This document shows positions 27,398 through 38,164 of a stretch of DNA of 64,000 bases, in pieces. The stretch comes from Blastocystis sp. Blastoise (Eukaryota; Protista; Bigyra: Opalinata): assembly GCA_039096225.1 (NCBI GenBank), contig JBBPEB010000009.1, positions 868,001-932,000 on the forward strand, written 5' to 3'. Below the pieces are notes generated by a model, which saw only the letters and a program-made list of their open reading frames with translations, was not told the origin of the DNA and searched no databases. The position numbers were made by a program, and so were the translations under genes. The stretch's first letter is position 1. Each line of letters starts with the position of its first letter.

Positions 27398-29194
27398 TTA
27401 ATAAAATTTAAATTGAATTCCATGAAAATGTTTTTTAGGGACTTTGACTTTAAAGAATGCATTACTTTTATGTTTTTTCAATAAACCATGACCACGATGA
27501 ATAGGTTCTAAAGGAGGCATAGTAGAAAGACTACGTAATGCATAAGTATCTGAATTATTCATAACTATAGGTGTAGAGTTTTCATCTTGGGTATTCTGTT
27601 GCATAAGAGATGCTTGAGTATTCGTTAATTCTGAATCTGTTGTATTATTATGTAAATGATCAGGTAATAATTGTTTATTACGTATAAAACGATTATAACG
27701 ATCTCTAGAATTCTCTGGAACTTCTTCAGATTCTAATGAACATCCTACAGGTAATTCATTTTCTAAATCGTTTTTATCAGGATACTTATGCTTTAATAGA
27801 TCTTTATAATATCTTAATGTAATCATTATAGTATCATTATCTGATGAATATTGTTCTAATGTAGATAATATCGATTCTGATTTCATATTGAAATTCTCTT
27901 TACCAAATACATCTTCATAGTCTTCATCATATTGTTCTATACGATCATTAAATCGTTTACATAAAAATAATAATTTATTCAATTGATTAATTTCTCTTGT
28001 ATAAGTAATATTATTCATATCAATATGAAATATTCTTGTTTTATTATCTAAATCTTGTAATTTAGTTGAATGAGAAGATAAATAAGGAGATATATAATTT
28101 TCCATATGTGTTGATTGACTATGTAACATCTTCATAATAGAATTTTCAAAGAGTTCTACACCTTTAGATTCATGTTCTGAATCATTATGTTGGAATTGTG
28201 CTTCTCTTGATAATCTATAATAATATTGAGCAAATAAATGTCTTATAATATCACAACCATTAATTAAAGAATTATTCTGTTGTGTTTTATAAATCCAGCC
28301 TAAATGGGGTTTTATATATTCATCACCAAATTTCAAATCACGTACTTTACCACCATTCTCAGTAACAAATAAATAATGTCTTGGAAATAAACGTAAGGAT
28401 CTAGCTAAGACATTTAAATATTCTTCTGATAAATACTGATAAGTAGGATATTCATTCTTACCAATTTCAAATCGATTCTTTGTATCATTCACATGAATAG
28501 TCAAAGTATTTAAATCAATATAATTGGTTGTTCTTCTTAAGGATAAAGGAATTTGTTGGCCACGAGTATAGATTACACAATCATTATAATCATTACGAGC
28601 ACATAATGTATCATAAGTTAAAACTAATAAATAACTATTCACATAATATAAATCATTAGGATTCTCTAAATAATTCTTTTTGGTGATATTAATGATTTCT
28701 CCCCAATCAGCTTCACAATTAATAATTTTCTGAGTGATTTCATAATGTCTTGAATAAGTAGCATCAATTTGTAAAGAACCCCATAAATGTTCCCATTTCT
28801 TTATATTTTGTGGAGTAAATGCTTTATAATTAATGATATCTTCATCATCTGTACAAATAGATATATTCTTCATTATATAAGTAATCATTTGCATATAATT
28901 AGCTACAGTAGTATTGGATAATCCACCTTGTTGTCCAGGAGCTTCTGTTTGTGTATGTTGCATAACATTTTGAAATTGAAATGGATCTGTTAACACTTCT
29001 ACACAAAAGAATGGTTCTTCCATATCATCTATTTGAATTCGTTCTTCATTACGAAATTTCTTACATATTGTCTTTATCCATTTCTTCCAATTTATACTTG
29101 TTGATAATTGTATTTTCTTCCAATGTAATAATTGATCTATACAATTTGTAAAGAATTCTTCACAATCTTTATCTGAATAACCTGTTGATTGCAT
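27398..29194 (-). CDS. Tyrosine recombinase 2 (598 aa, long C-terminal extension)
   Basis: LCARNDY, NYID, DTKN, SLRLFPRHYLF, DIIRH, MLHS..HMENY. Confidence 0.7.
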   Translation of the reverse strand: MQSTGYSDKDCEEFFTNCIDQLLHWKKIQLSTSINWKKWIKTICKKFRNEERIQIDDMEEPFFCVEVLTDPFQFQNVMQHTQTEAPGQQGGLSNTTVANYMQMITYIMKNISICTDDEDIINYKAFTPQNIKKWEHLWGSLQIDATYSRHYEITQKIINCEADWGEIINITKKNYLENPNDLYYVNSYLLVLTYDTLCARNDYNDCVIYTRGQQIPLSLRRTTNYIDLNTLTIHVNDTKNRFEIGKNEYPTYQYLSEEYLNVLARSLRLFPRHYLFVTENGGKVRDLKFGDEYIKPHLGWIYKTQQNNSLINGCDIIRHLFAQYYYRLSREAQFQHNDSEHESKGVELFENSIMKMLHSQSTHMENYISPYLSSHSTKLQDLDNKTRIFHIDMNNITYTREINQLNKLLFLCKRFNDRIEQYDEDYEDVFGKENFNMKSESILSTLEQYSSDNDTIMITLRYYKDLLKHKYPDKNDLENELPVGCSLESEEVPENSRDRYNRFIRNKQLLPDHLHNNTTDSELTNTQASLMQQNTQDENSTPIVMNNSDTYALRSLSTMPPLEPIHRGHGLLKKHKSNAFFKVKVPKKHFHGIQFKFY

Positions 29195-29261
29195 TATTAA
29201 AAATTAAATTATTTATAAACAAAACAAATTTATTATTAATATTTTATAACATTTCATAGAA

Positions 29262-29684
29262 TTATAAATGAAGAGATTGAACAATAGAATCAACACTTAT
29301 ATTTAATTTCATTAATTGAACAGCTAATTCTTGTATTGATTCATTTTGATTCGAATCAATTTCTTCTAATTCATTCAAGACTTCAGATATATGTTTGACT
29401 TCTTCTTCTATAATCGTTTGTTGTATTTTCATTGTCTTATAATAGACTTTCTTTGTTTGTGGATTACAACAATTACAATGAATATCTATATTTTTAACAA
29501 TTAATTGAAAGAATTCAGTTGATTTCTCAAATAAACATTTTATAGCTTTTATAATAAATTCTAATAAAGTATTTTTCTTTTCTATTTCTTCTTCGGATAA
29601 TGTGGTTGTTGTTGAACTATCTGAACTTGTTGAACTTGTACTTGATAAAGAATGTAAGGATTCAGATACAGATTTAGGCTCCAT
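29262..29684 (-). CDS. Hypothetical viral protein (S/T-rich N-terminus, CNCC, coiled coil)
   Basis: 140-aa ATG ORF with the downstream 3' motif. Confidence 0.6.
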   Translation of the reverse strand: MEPKSVSESLHSLSSTSSTSSDSSTTTTLSEEEIEKKNTLLEFIIKAIKCLFEKSTEFFQLIVKNIDIHCNCCNPQTKKVYYKTMKIQQTIIEEEVKHISEVLNELEEIDSNQNESIQELAVQLMKLNISVDSIVQSLHL

Positions 29685-29753
29685 TTTTTAATAATTTTTA
29701 AATGAATAATATAACAAAACATTTTTTAATTTAAATGAAATGAATTAAAATAT

Positions 29754-32189
29754 TTATATATAAGAGATAGTTAATAAAACAACACAAGGATAATCACATG
29801 TTATAAAGAACATATTATCATGAGGTAATAACTTTAATAATTTACGATTACAATAATAGACATTCTTATTGATCTTATTTGATATACCTTCATATTTAAT
29901 ACCATTCGAATAGTAATAAGGTAGATTTGTAGTATCAATAACATGAATATTATTCTCATATTCATTAGTAAAGCATCTTAATGAAATAGGATATAAGTAA
30001 TCAGTGGATTGACCATACACTGATATAATTTGTATATTCGTTAAGTATTGATATCCATAGACATTGGTTTTCTTCAATTCATAAATTAAATTCTTACTCG
30101 TACTAAAATCACAATATACTTCATCATAAGCTTTGAAACGTATATCACTACCATTCGGTTCACATATATTACAAATTATATTTCCTTTGAATAATTCATC
30201 AAATCTTAAATCTATATGATGATCAATTGTGATTGGAGAATTTATATTACTATAAGTAACATATTTATCAGATAAAGGAAAACTAAATGTAGGATAATAT
30301 GATCCATTTATATATCCAGTACATAATTTAGATGCATTTGTTTGGATCGTATCAGTATCATTCTGAATAATAATATCTTTTAAGATCTTATTCTGGATAT
30401 TCAATGTAGGATATTCAGCATAGAATTGTGTGTCTGCTGTTAAACAATTCAAACATAATTTCTTAATGGTTTCACTAGGTTGAATCGTATCGACTGTATC
30501 TGAGAATTCTAAGAATCCTCTTAAAATACAATTATCATTGAAATTCACATATTGTTTATTCTTATCAGTATATCGTATTGTAATATCTTGTATTGTATTC
30601 AAATAAGGAGACACATTAATATTCATAATATCATGAAATTCATTATTGCCTTTATAATTATTCACATTGAATGAATATAAAGAATTCTGACTATTATCTA
30701 CTATATTCGATTGAGCTATTAACATTCCTTTTGGACGACTACTATCAATATTATGAATACCATAATTAATAATTTCATCATGACCTAATTTATTATATCC
30801 TAGAATTTCACCTAATTCTTGAGCTTGAGAAAAATCTATATGATAACTATCAGTATAACACTTATAATTACCATCTAAATCTAATGTATTCAAATCAGCT
30901 ATTTTGTCTGGTATTAATTGTTTACCATAAGATACATACCAAGCAAAACATCCTTGTTCATCATAAACTAAATCAGGACGTATATTATGTAGAGCACCAC
31001 GATACTTAAATAAGGAGTGCTCTATATCTGTAGCTGTAAATGTGAATGACGTAGAATCAGTACCTTTACAAGATAAATATATTATATATCCATCCTTATT
31101 GTCCATAGTCTGAGTATCTTTGGATATACTTAAATAATCCGTATAAATTGTATTATTGATTGAACTTTCTAATAATTCATAGAATTTGTTTTCTGTGTAA
31201 TTTCCAGGAGGAACAGTGAATGTAGTTTCATGAACACCATCATAACCACTCAATTGTCGAACAATCATTGTATTATATCCATCTTCCACAAAGACTGTTC
31301 TTTTAATTCTATTTAATGTAATTTCCTCTTGAAGTGAAGTATATGTCAATGTTTCTGAATCTTCAAATAAGCCAGTGAATAATTGTTTTTCTAAACTGAG
31401 TATATTATTACTTGACCATTGGAAATAAAATTTATGTTCATCAGCTAATACACATTTCATAATTCCATTAGAACCTTGTGTTGGAACAATATAACTTGAA
31501 TGATCACTCACACCATCAGTAAAGAATTCATTCAATTCATAGATTCCTGTTGATGTAACAGGAACATTATAAGAAGTTAATTGAGGTCGATATATGGTTA
31601 TAGTATCATCATCATATCTCATCATTAAACGATTAAATTTATCACCCCATTTAGCTGATACACAACATACAGCTATCCACCAAAACTCTATATCCGTATA
31701 AGTACCTTTTGGAAAGTAAAAACCACGTCTTTTCTTATAAATTGTAATTTCACAATACCAATCATCTCTATCAATGGTTATTGTTGGGGCTTCATTAATT
31801 TTGACAGTGGGATCAATATCAGGAGAATCTTTTATTACTGGTCTATCACATACATCAAAATGACATAGTTCTAATAATTGTGGAATAGAATAATTTTTCT
31901 GATCTAAAGTAATTGTTTGAATTTGTTCATTACCATTGACACGAGTATTTATATATTTGAATATTTGTGTTTTTGTGAAAGTATCAAATAGAGGCACACT
32001 TTCACTACCAATTAAATTAAGATCAATATAAGAAATGATATTTTTAGTGATATCAATAGAATTCGATAAATGTATATTGAATTGATTATCAATACAACGA
32101 ACATCAATAGGGACTACATGTGTTTTAATACGAGTATCCTTCTCTTCTAATGAAGTCTGTTCTTCATAATTATCATCATCAAGTTCCAT
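29754..32189 (-). CDS. Large penton/minor-capsid-like structural protein (811 aa)
   Basis: Repeated penton insertion motif (LDQKNYS, FPKGTYT, VPPGNYT) and IQDITIRYTDKNKQYVNFN, similar to the 35221 penton. Confidence 0.6.
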   Translation of the reverse strand: MELDDDNYEEQTSLEEKDTRIKTHVVPIDVRCIDNQFNIHLSNSIDITKNIISYIDLNLIGSESVPLFDTFTKTQIFKYINTRVNGNEQIQTITLDQKNYSIPQLLELCHFDVCDRPVIKDSPDIDPTVKINEAPTITIDRDDWYCEITIYKKRRGFYFPKGTYTDIEFWWIAVCCVSAKWGDKFNRLMMRYDDDTITIYRPQLTSYNVPVTSTGIYELNEFFTDGVSDHSSYIVPTQGSNGIMKCVLADEHKFYFQWSSNNILSLEKQLFTGLFEDSETLTYTSLQEEITLNRIKRTVFVEDGYNTMIVRQLSGYDGVHETTFTVPPGNYTENKFYELLESSINNTIYTDYLSISKDTQTMDNKDGYIIYLSCKGTDSTSFTFTATDIEHSLFKYRGALHNIRPDLVYDEQGCFAWYVSYGKQLIPDKIADLNTLDLDGNYKCYTDSYHIDFSQAQELGEILGYNKLGHDEIINYGIHNIDSSRPKGMLIAQSNIVDNSQNSLYSFNVNNYKGNNEFHDIMNINVSPYLNTIQDITIRYTDKNKQYVNFNDNCILRGFLEFSDTVDTIQPSETIKKLCLNCLTADTQFYAEYPTLNIQNKILKDIIIQNDTDTIQTNASKLCTGYINGSYYPTFSFPLSDKYVTYSNINSPITIDHHIDLRFDELFKGNIICNICEPNGSDIRFKAYDEVYCDFSTSKNLIYELKKTNVYGYQYLTNIQIISVYGQSTDYLYPISLRCFTNEYENNIHVIDTTNLPYYYSNGIKYEGISNKINKNVYYCNRKLLKLLPHDNMFFITCDYPCVVLLTISYI

Positions 32190-32263
32190 ATTTTTCTAAT
32201 TTATTAAATAATAATTTATATTAATTTTATTTTATTTATTAATATTTTTTTATTTAAAAAAAA

Positions 32264-33736
32264 ATGAGAATCTTAAGAATTAAAGATAATATTCCTATTC
32301 AAAGCAATACTGATATTCTATCAAGTCCTTATATCTTTCAATATCATTGGACTAATGTGGATAACACTTATATCAATTTCAATCAATCCTATTTGGATCT
32401 TACTGTCAAGGCAACTGTCACAGATAAAGCTGGACCAGTTTCTGTTTATTTAGATGAAACAGGTACTTCTGTTAGTTTCACCTATGATCAATTATGTCAA
32501 TATTTCTTGGATCAATTAGTTCAAAAAGCTAATATTTATTCTATTATTGATTCCACTGATGTTGAAATGGTTTATACTTTACCTGATGGATCTGATCGTG
32601 CTTTGAAATATGAAGAAAACTGTACACATGCTTCACGTGGTCGTAAAATGATTTTATTAAAAGATATCAGTAAGAATGATTTAGAAAAATCTATGTATGG
32701 TGAAGATTTATCTGCAGATACTTATGAATTGAATTCTATTCGTTATATACGTGCACATCCAAATGAATCTATTCATATTGCTATTCCTTTATATCTCATT
32801 AGTGGTTTAGGTGTTGATGGAGATTCTTTAATATTAACTAAACATTTCAATATGCTATTTAGAACGAGTACTATTGAATCCTTAATTGATAATAATATGA
32901 GTATTTATTTCAAGAATGGTGGTGCTAAATTATCAACACAATGGTTACATCTAACTGATGAAAAATGGTTTAAGACATTTGAATTGGAATCAGCTACTAT
33001 GAATTTAATGACTTATAAAGATATTCAATTCCAAACGAATGAATTATATAAAACTATACCTACATGTATTCAAGTCGATTATCAAAATACAAGAATAACT
33101 AGTGATCATTTCAATATCAATAGAGCTTTACCATTTATACCTGAATATATATTATTTTGGTTTACAAATGGTTATAGTTCAACAACTATTAGTAATGTAG
33201 CTAGTCCATCTGTATGGCCTAAATATCAAAGTTGTTTGATTGGTGATGTTCAAATGTTCCCTCAAACTGAATTCCCTACTCAAATGTATTATCATAATCT
33301 TACTACTAAAGGTCATGTCTTCAATAATGAAGAAACTGCTAGTTTATCTTGTCCTAATAAAAATTTATATTGTTTATGGGCTGATAATTCAAATCCTGAA
33401 ACTATTCTTAAATATGATGAATGGATTAAACATCCTATTTATATTATTCCAACTAAAGCATTAATGAATATCCAATCAGATAGTGGTATAGAAATGAATT
33501 TTGATTGTAATCTAGATGTCCATGATATTGAATATGGTCATGCTGATTCATCTACTGTTCCTGATGGATATACATGTACATATAATGAAACTACTAAAAT
33601 ATGGACACCTGATACTGGTGCTTCTTATAGTGTAGCATCTCATGCTGGTATTTATAAACATATTAATACTGAACTAAATGAGAAGCATCCTTATACATTA
33701 CATATGATTGCTGTACGTAGTGTACGTGATATTTAA
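32264..33736 (+). CDS. Major capsid protein-like, paralogue A (putative double jelly-roll)
   Basis: Aligns by eye along its length with 33907-35130; beta-rich; clustered with penton and ATPase. Confidence 0.65.
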   Translation: MRILRIKDNIPIQSNTDILSSPYIFQYHWTNVDNTYINFNQSYLDLTVKATVTDKAGPVSVYLDETGTSVSFTYDQLCQYFLDQLVQKANIYSIIDSTDVEMVYTLPDGSDRALKYEENCTHASRGRKMILLKDISKNDLEKSMYGEDLSADTYELNSIRYIRAHPNESIHIAIPLYLISGLGVDGDSLILTKHFNMLFRTSTIESLIDNNMSIYFKNGGAKLSTQWLHLTDEKWFKTFELESATMNLMTYKDIQFQTNELYKTIPTCIQVDYQNTRITSDHFNINRALPFIPEYILFWFTNGYSSTTISNVASPSVWPKYQSCLIGDVQMFPQTEFPTQMYYHNLTTKGHVFNNEETASLSCPNKNLYCLWADNSNPETILKYDEWIKHPIYIIPTKALMNIQSDSGIEMNFDCNLDVHDIEYGHADSSTVPDGYTCTYNETTKIWTPDTGASYSVASHAGIYKHINTELNEKHPYTLHMIAVRSVRDI

Positions 33737-33906
33737 ATTTAATATTTCTTACTTACTATTCTTAACGTTAACTTGTTTAATTAATTCTATTCTATTCTAT
33801 ATTCCAATCATTTGTTTTGTTATGAATTTCAAATAATTTTATAATTATAAAATATCATTATTATTTTATTTTTTATTTAAAAAATACATAAACAATAATT
33901 ATTAAA

Positions 33907-35130
33907 ATGGAAGGATTCCCAAGACAATTCTTACCTTCAAAGGCAAATCAAACTATTAAACCTGTACAAATTCCTATTCTAGTTTCTACTAGTCAAGATT
34001 TATTAAATCAACCTTATCCATTTGAATTCTTATATAATTCAGTTGATAGTCCTTTTATTGATTTCAGTAATTCATTCTTAGAACTGAATTTCAATATTAC
34101 AACAAATGCAGCTACAACTAGTTCTGTTGTACAACATTCTAATATCTATAGTATTATTGATAAAATTACTACAGATCTTACGTTTGTATCTCCTACGGGT
34201 CAAGATATTCTTATTAATTATTCTGAATCTTCTATTGAATCCAGTAAAGCAAGAAAATTTGTTACTATTAAAGAATTAAGTAAAGATGAAATTGATAAAT
34301 CTATGTATAGTATGACAGAATGCTTATATAATACAACCTTAAGTAGTATTGCTGGAATGCAAAGTTCTACTAAAGCTCAAGTTATTATTCCTTTATCTCT
34401 TATTACTGGTCTTGGTACATTTGATTGTGCTATTAAAGTAAAATCTTTGAAGATGCAATTCGTTACAAATTATTTAAAGAATCTATTTACTGGAACCACT
34501 AAAATCACTGCATTAACATTTGATCGTGTTTATATTCATCTTCAACAAATTTATGATATTAATTTTGGTAATGATCCACGTGCTTTGATTAAATGTATTC
34601 CTAATAATTGTCAAATATCTGCATTTACTACACCTGTTTATTCAGAAACATTCTCAACAGCAGGTAAACCAACTCCACAACAATTCTTATCCAATAGAAG
34701 TGTTGTTTTCGTACCTGATTACTGTATGCTATATTTTACAACTCAAGAGAAGAGTATGATTCCTATTAAGACTGAATTATTGAAGATGTGTCAATTCCAA
34801 ATTGGTGGTCAAAATATCTTACCAAAGACGGATTTCCCTACTACATATAAAACAACGAATCCATCACAAATTATTCCTAATGCTATGCTTTATAATACTT
34901 GGAGATGTAATAGTCATCCTCAATCTCCTTTGAATGGTGAAAAGTGGTATGAACAACCTATTTATATATTCCCTATTTCAAGTGTTGTTGATGTCAATAC
35001 TCGTAGTGGTTGTGAAGTTAATATCTCCTTATTAACTGAATATAATGGTGCAAATATTACTAGTGGTACTTATACTTTATATGCTCATTTTATATTTGTT
35101 AAATTTGTTAGAGATGGTGCAACCAATTAA
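33907..35130 (+). CDS. Major capsid protein, paralogue B (putative double jelly-roll)
   Basis: FIDFSNSFLELNFNIT, NIYSIID, VIIPLS..GLG, VPDYCMLYF, PIYIF; size and context typical of a PLV MCP. Confidence 0.7.
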   Translation: MEGFPRQFLPSKANQTIKPVQIPILVSTSQDLLNQPYPFEFLYNSVDSPFIDFSNSFLELNFNITTNAATTSSVVQHSNIYSIIDKITTDLTFVSPTGQDILINYSESSIESSKARKFVTIKELSKDEIDKSMYSMTECLYNTTLSSIAGMQSSTKAQVIIPLSLITGLGTFDCAIKVKSLKMQFVTNYLKNLFTGTTKITALTFDRVYIHLQQIYDINFGNDPRALIKCIPNNCQISAFTTPVYSETFSTAGKPTPQQFLSNRSVVFVPDYCMLYFTTQEKSMIPIKTELLKMCQFQIGGQNILPKTDFPTTYKTTNPSQIIPNAMLYNTWRCNSHPQSPLNGEKWYEQPIYIFPISSVVDVNTRSGCEVNISLLTEYNGANITSGTYTLYAHFIFVKFVRDGATN

Positions 35131-35220
35131 TTTATTTAAATAACTTTCTATTTTATCAATTTATTCAATTTAATAAATATTGTTTTGTTTATAATTTCAT
35201 AATTAATTTATTTAATAAAA

Positions 35221-35892
35221 ATGACATCAATATCTCATCTAAGTAAAATTACAAGTCAAATCTGTCATGAACAATTCAATTATACTTTGGATTTAGTGGG
35301 TAAAAATATCACTCATATCAATACATTAGTGAATACAAGTGATATCATTAATATTCCAGAATTCAATATTCAGTTTTATGAAAATGCTGGTAGATATACA
35401 TTTCCAGCTGGAAATTATACTTTAGAAGATTTTTTAGATAAATTATATGAAATTGGAAAAAAAATGAAATCCTATGTTGAAGGAGAACCTTATGGTTTCA
35501 GCTATAATAAAGAAACTAAAACTTTTAAATCAAATCATTGGTTTGAATGTGGTCTTAGTTCTGGACTATTTAAATACTTAGGCATTAAATCATCATACTT
35601 TAGTCCGGGTGATACAATCGTATTTACTGATGAATATATATCCAATAATATTTCATGGTATAAGATCTATATGTTACGTGTGTATTGTGATATTATTAAT
35701 AAAGATAATGATTTAATTTCTATTCCTTTATATGCTAAACAAGGATTTGATAATACATTTGCTCTCAGTGATTTATCTATTCCATGTATTGATGGTAAAT
35801 ATACAGATATCCAATGGGAAATATATGATCAATTAAATAATCCAATTGATTTATCAAATACAAATCTTTATATATACTTTACTGCATCTTAA
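35221..35892 (+). CDS. Minor capsid protein (penton)
   Basis: FPAGNYTL, LRVYCDII, LISIP, IQWEIYDQLNNPIDL are typical Polinton/PLV penton motifs. Confidence 0.75.
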   Translation: MTSISHLSKITSQICHEQFNYTLDLVGKNITHINTLVNTSDIINIPEFNIQFYENAGRYTFPAGNYTLEDFLDKLYEIGKKMKSYVEGEPYGFSYNKETKTFKSNHWFECGLSSGLFKYLGIKSSYFSPGDTIVFTDEYISNNISWYKIYMLRVYCDIINKDNDLISIPLYAKQGFDNTFALSDLSIPCIDGKYTDIQWEIYDQLNNPIDLSNTNLYIYFTAS

Positions 35893-35960
35893 TAAAATCA
35901 TTTATTTATCTTTAACTTATCATTAATTATTTTTTGTTTTGTTGATTAAAATCATATAAA

Positions 35961-36998
35961 ATGGTGAATAAAATAAATCCATTAAAAGAAACACGTAAAG
36001 GATGTGGAGTCTTAGAATTTAAATATGGAAAATCCCATCATAAAACATATGAATCAAAATTCATATTGATTATTGCAAGAACATTCTCAGGAAAATCTTT
36101 CTTAACTGTGAATCTCTTATGTTCTATGGATCTTAAAAATAAATATAAGCAAGTCACAGTAATTTGTCCTGATGCATCCAATAAGAATGAATGTTATACA
36201 TCCTTTCAAGATATTTGTGAACATGCTGGAATTGATTATAAATGGTATGATTCTGTAGATGATAAATTTAAAAAGATTAAAACTGTTGATGAATTAGTCA
36301 ATACATATAAATTACCAGAACATAATTTTATTGTATTGGATGATATCTATCCATTATCTAGACAAACCAAACAATTGATTGTATCTATATTATCTAAAGG
36401 TCGTCATTATAAACAGAATGCTATTATATGTCTTCAAAGTCATACAGATGTTACCAATCAATCTATATTAAGTCAAGTATCTCATTTCTTTATTAATAGT
36501 CAAATCTTAAAACGTGATCCTGGATTCTTACCAGATAAATTAAAGATTATGCCATCAAATCTAAATGAAATTCTTACAGATGAAGAATTAATGAATGATC
36601 CACATCAATTCTTTATGTTAAAACAAGGTAGTGATGATTTAACAATATGGACAAATCCTGATTGTGGTAGTAAACAGAATGTATATAAGATGGTAAAGAA
36701 AAGGAAATGGACAGAAGAAGATAGTGAAAAAGAGAAACGAGAAGAACAAGGTGAAGTATCAGGTAGTGGTATTAAACGTCCTAATGAACATATATCTACA
36801 TATGAAAAGAAAATGAAGAAGTTTTTACCTGTTGAAGAAGAAGTCTCATTGAAAGGTATTGAACGAGATGAAAAAGATAAACCTAAAGAATCCATCTTAC
36901 AAATCATACAAGATCAAATCATACAAGATAGTCAACGACGCATTTTCAATCCTTATTTAAATAAAAAACATTATTCTGGTTATCCATCTTTTCATTAA
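35961..36998 (+). CDS. A32-like (FtsK/HerA) DNA packaging ATPase
   Basis: ILIIARTFSGKS (Walker A), IVLDD (Walker B), KGRHYKQNAIICLQ (arginine finger and Gln sensor). Confidence 0.9.
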   Translation: MVNKINPLKETRKGCGVLEFKYGKSHHKTYESKFILIIARTFSGKSFLTVNLLCSMDLKNKYKQVTVICPDASNKNECYTSFQDICEHAGIDYKWYDSVDDKFKKIKTVDELVNTYKLPEHNFIVLDDIYPLSRQTKQLIVSILSKGRHYKQNAIICLQSHTDVTNQSILSQVSHFFINSQILKRDPGFLPDKLKIMPSNLNEILTDEELMNDPHQFFMLKQGSDDLTIWTNPDCGSKQNVYKMVKKRKWTEEDSEKEKREEQGEVSGSGIKRPNEHISTYEKKMKKFLPVEEEVSLKGIERDEKDKPKESILQIIQDQIIQDSQRRIFNPYLNKKHYSGYPSFH

Positions 36999-37050
36999 TT
37001 TTTTATATTTTAATTTGTTAAATAAACCATAATTATTTTATTGTTTTGTT

Positions 37051-38088
37051 ATGAGTTCAATTACAAAAAGATATTTAAAACAAAATTGTGATCCACGATT
37101 ATTTGGAGGATCACCACCAAAATCAAATAGACGTGATCTTTATCATAAACGTTATGTAAGATATGGAGGAACTGGTTTTGAAGAAATTGTTAGACAACAA
37201 GCTAAAGATGCTGATTGGGCTGATTTTAAAAATGGTGTCTATACTGCATTACCTATTTTAGGTACATTAGGAGCATTTGCTGGATATAATTATTATCAGA
37301 AACGTAAAGAACAAAAACGTCAAGAAAAAGCAAAAGAAGAAAAGAAAAGACAATTTGAAGAACATATTGAAGATGCTAATCGAGATGATGAATTATATAA
37401 TGATGATGCTACTTATCAACCAAAGAGAATAACAAGAAAAATGATGGCTGATGATGATAAAGATTATAATAATGCAAATCTTGAAGATGAAAATTATGAT
37501 GATATATTTGGTCAAGGTATACATAGAAGGCATCAGAAACATCGTAAAGAACATGGGAGTCACCGAGAAAAAGAAAAGAAAACAAGTAAATTCGTAACTC
37601 CTCAAATAAAAATTATTGCTAAGAAGTCTATTCGTTCTAGTAATGTAAAGTCTAATAAGAAGAAATTACAAGATATTAAAGAACGATTACCTAAAAATGA
37701 TGAGCATGTGTCTGTACGTGATATTGTTAATGTCGTTATCGATAAAGAATATCCTATGGATCCAAAACAAAAGCATTCTATTATTGCGAATACTGCTATT
37801 AAAACTATTAAAACGATTGTTCCTATTGTAGTGAATGCATTAAAATACTATTATCCTTCTCTTGGTATCCCTATTGATTTCGCTTATAATATGATTACTA
37901 CTGATGATGATAAGAAACGTAAAGAAACTGCTGATAACTACTTTAAAAATCCTGGTGGAAGTGGTGTTACAAAAGAGAATGCTGAACGTTGTGGTGGTGC
38001 TCTTGTCAACTCTACATCCTTTGATACTACTACTAATTTAATTATTAATCTTGTTCAATTCTTCTTAAAAAAATTCCATTTAAATTAA
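37051..38088 (+). CDS. Hypothetical viral structural/core protein with one hydrophobic segment
   Basis: 345 aa; ALPILGTLGAFAGY followed by charged tracts; several GG/GxG motifs. Confidence 0.6.
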   Translation: MSSITKRYLKQNCDPRLFGGSPPKSNRRDLYHKRYVRYGGTGFEEIVRQQAKDADWADFKNGVYTALPILGTLGAFAGYNYYQKRKEQKRQEKAKEEKKRQFEEHIEDANRDDELYNDDATYQPKRITRKMMADDDKDYNNANLEDENYDDIFGQGIHRRHQKHRKEHGSHREKEKKTSKFVTPQIKIIAKKSIRSSNVKSNKKKLQDIKERLPKNDEHVSVRDIVNVVIDKEYPMDPKQKHSIIANTAIKTIKTIVPIVVNALKYYYPSLGIPIDFAYNMITTDDDKKRKETADNYFKNPGGSGVTKENAERCGGALVNSTSFDTTTNLIINLVQFFLKKFHLN

Positions 38089-38164
38089 TTATTTTAACTT
38101 TTATTATTTCATAATTAATTATTTGTTTTGTTATATAATTATTTTTAAATTAATACAATAAATA

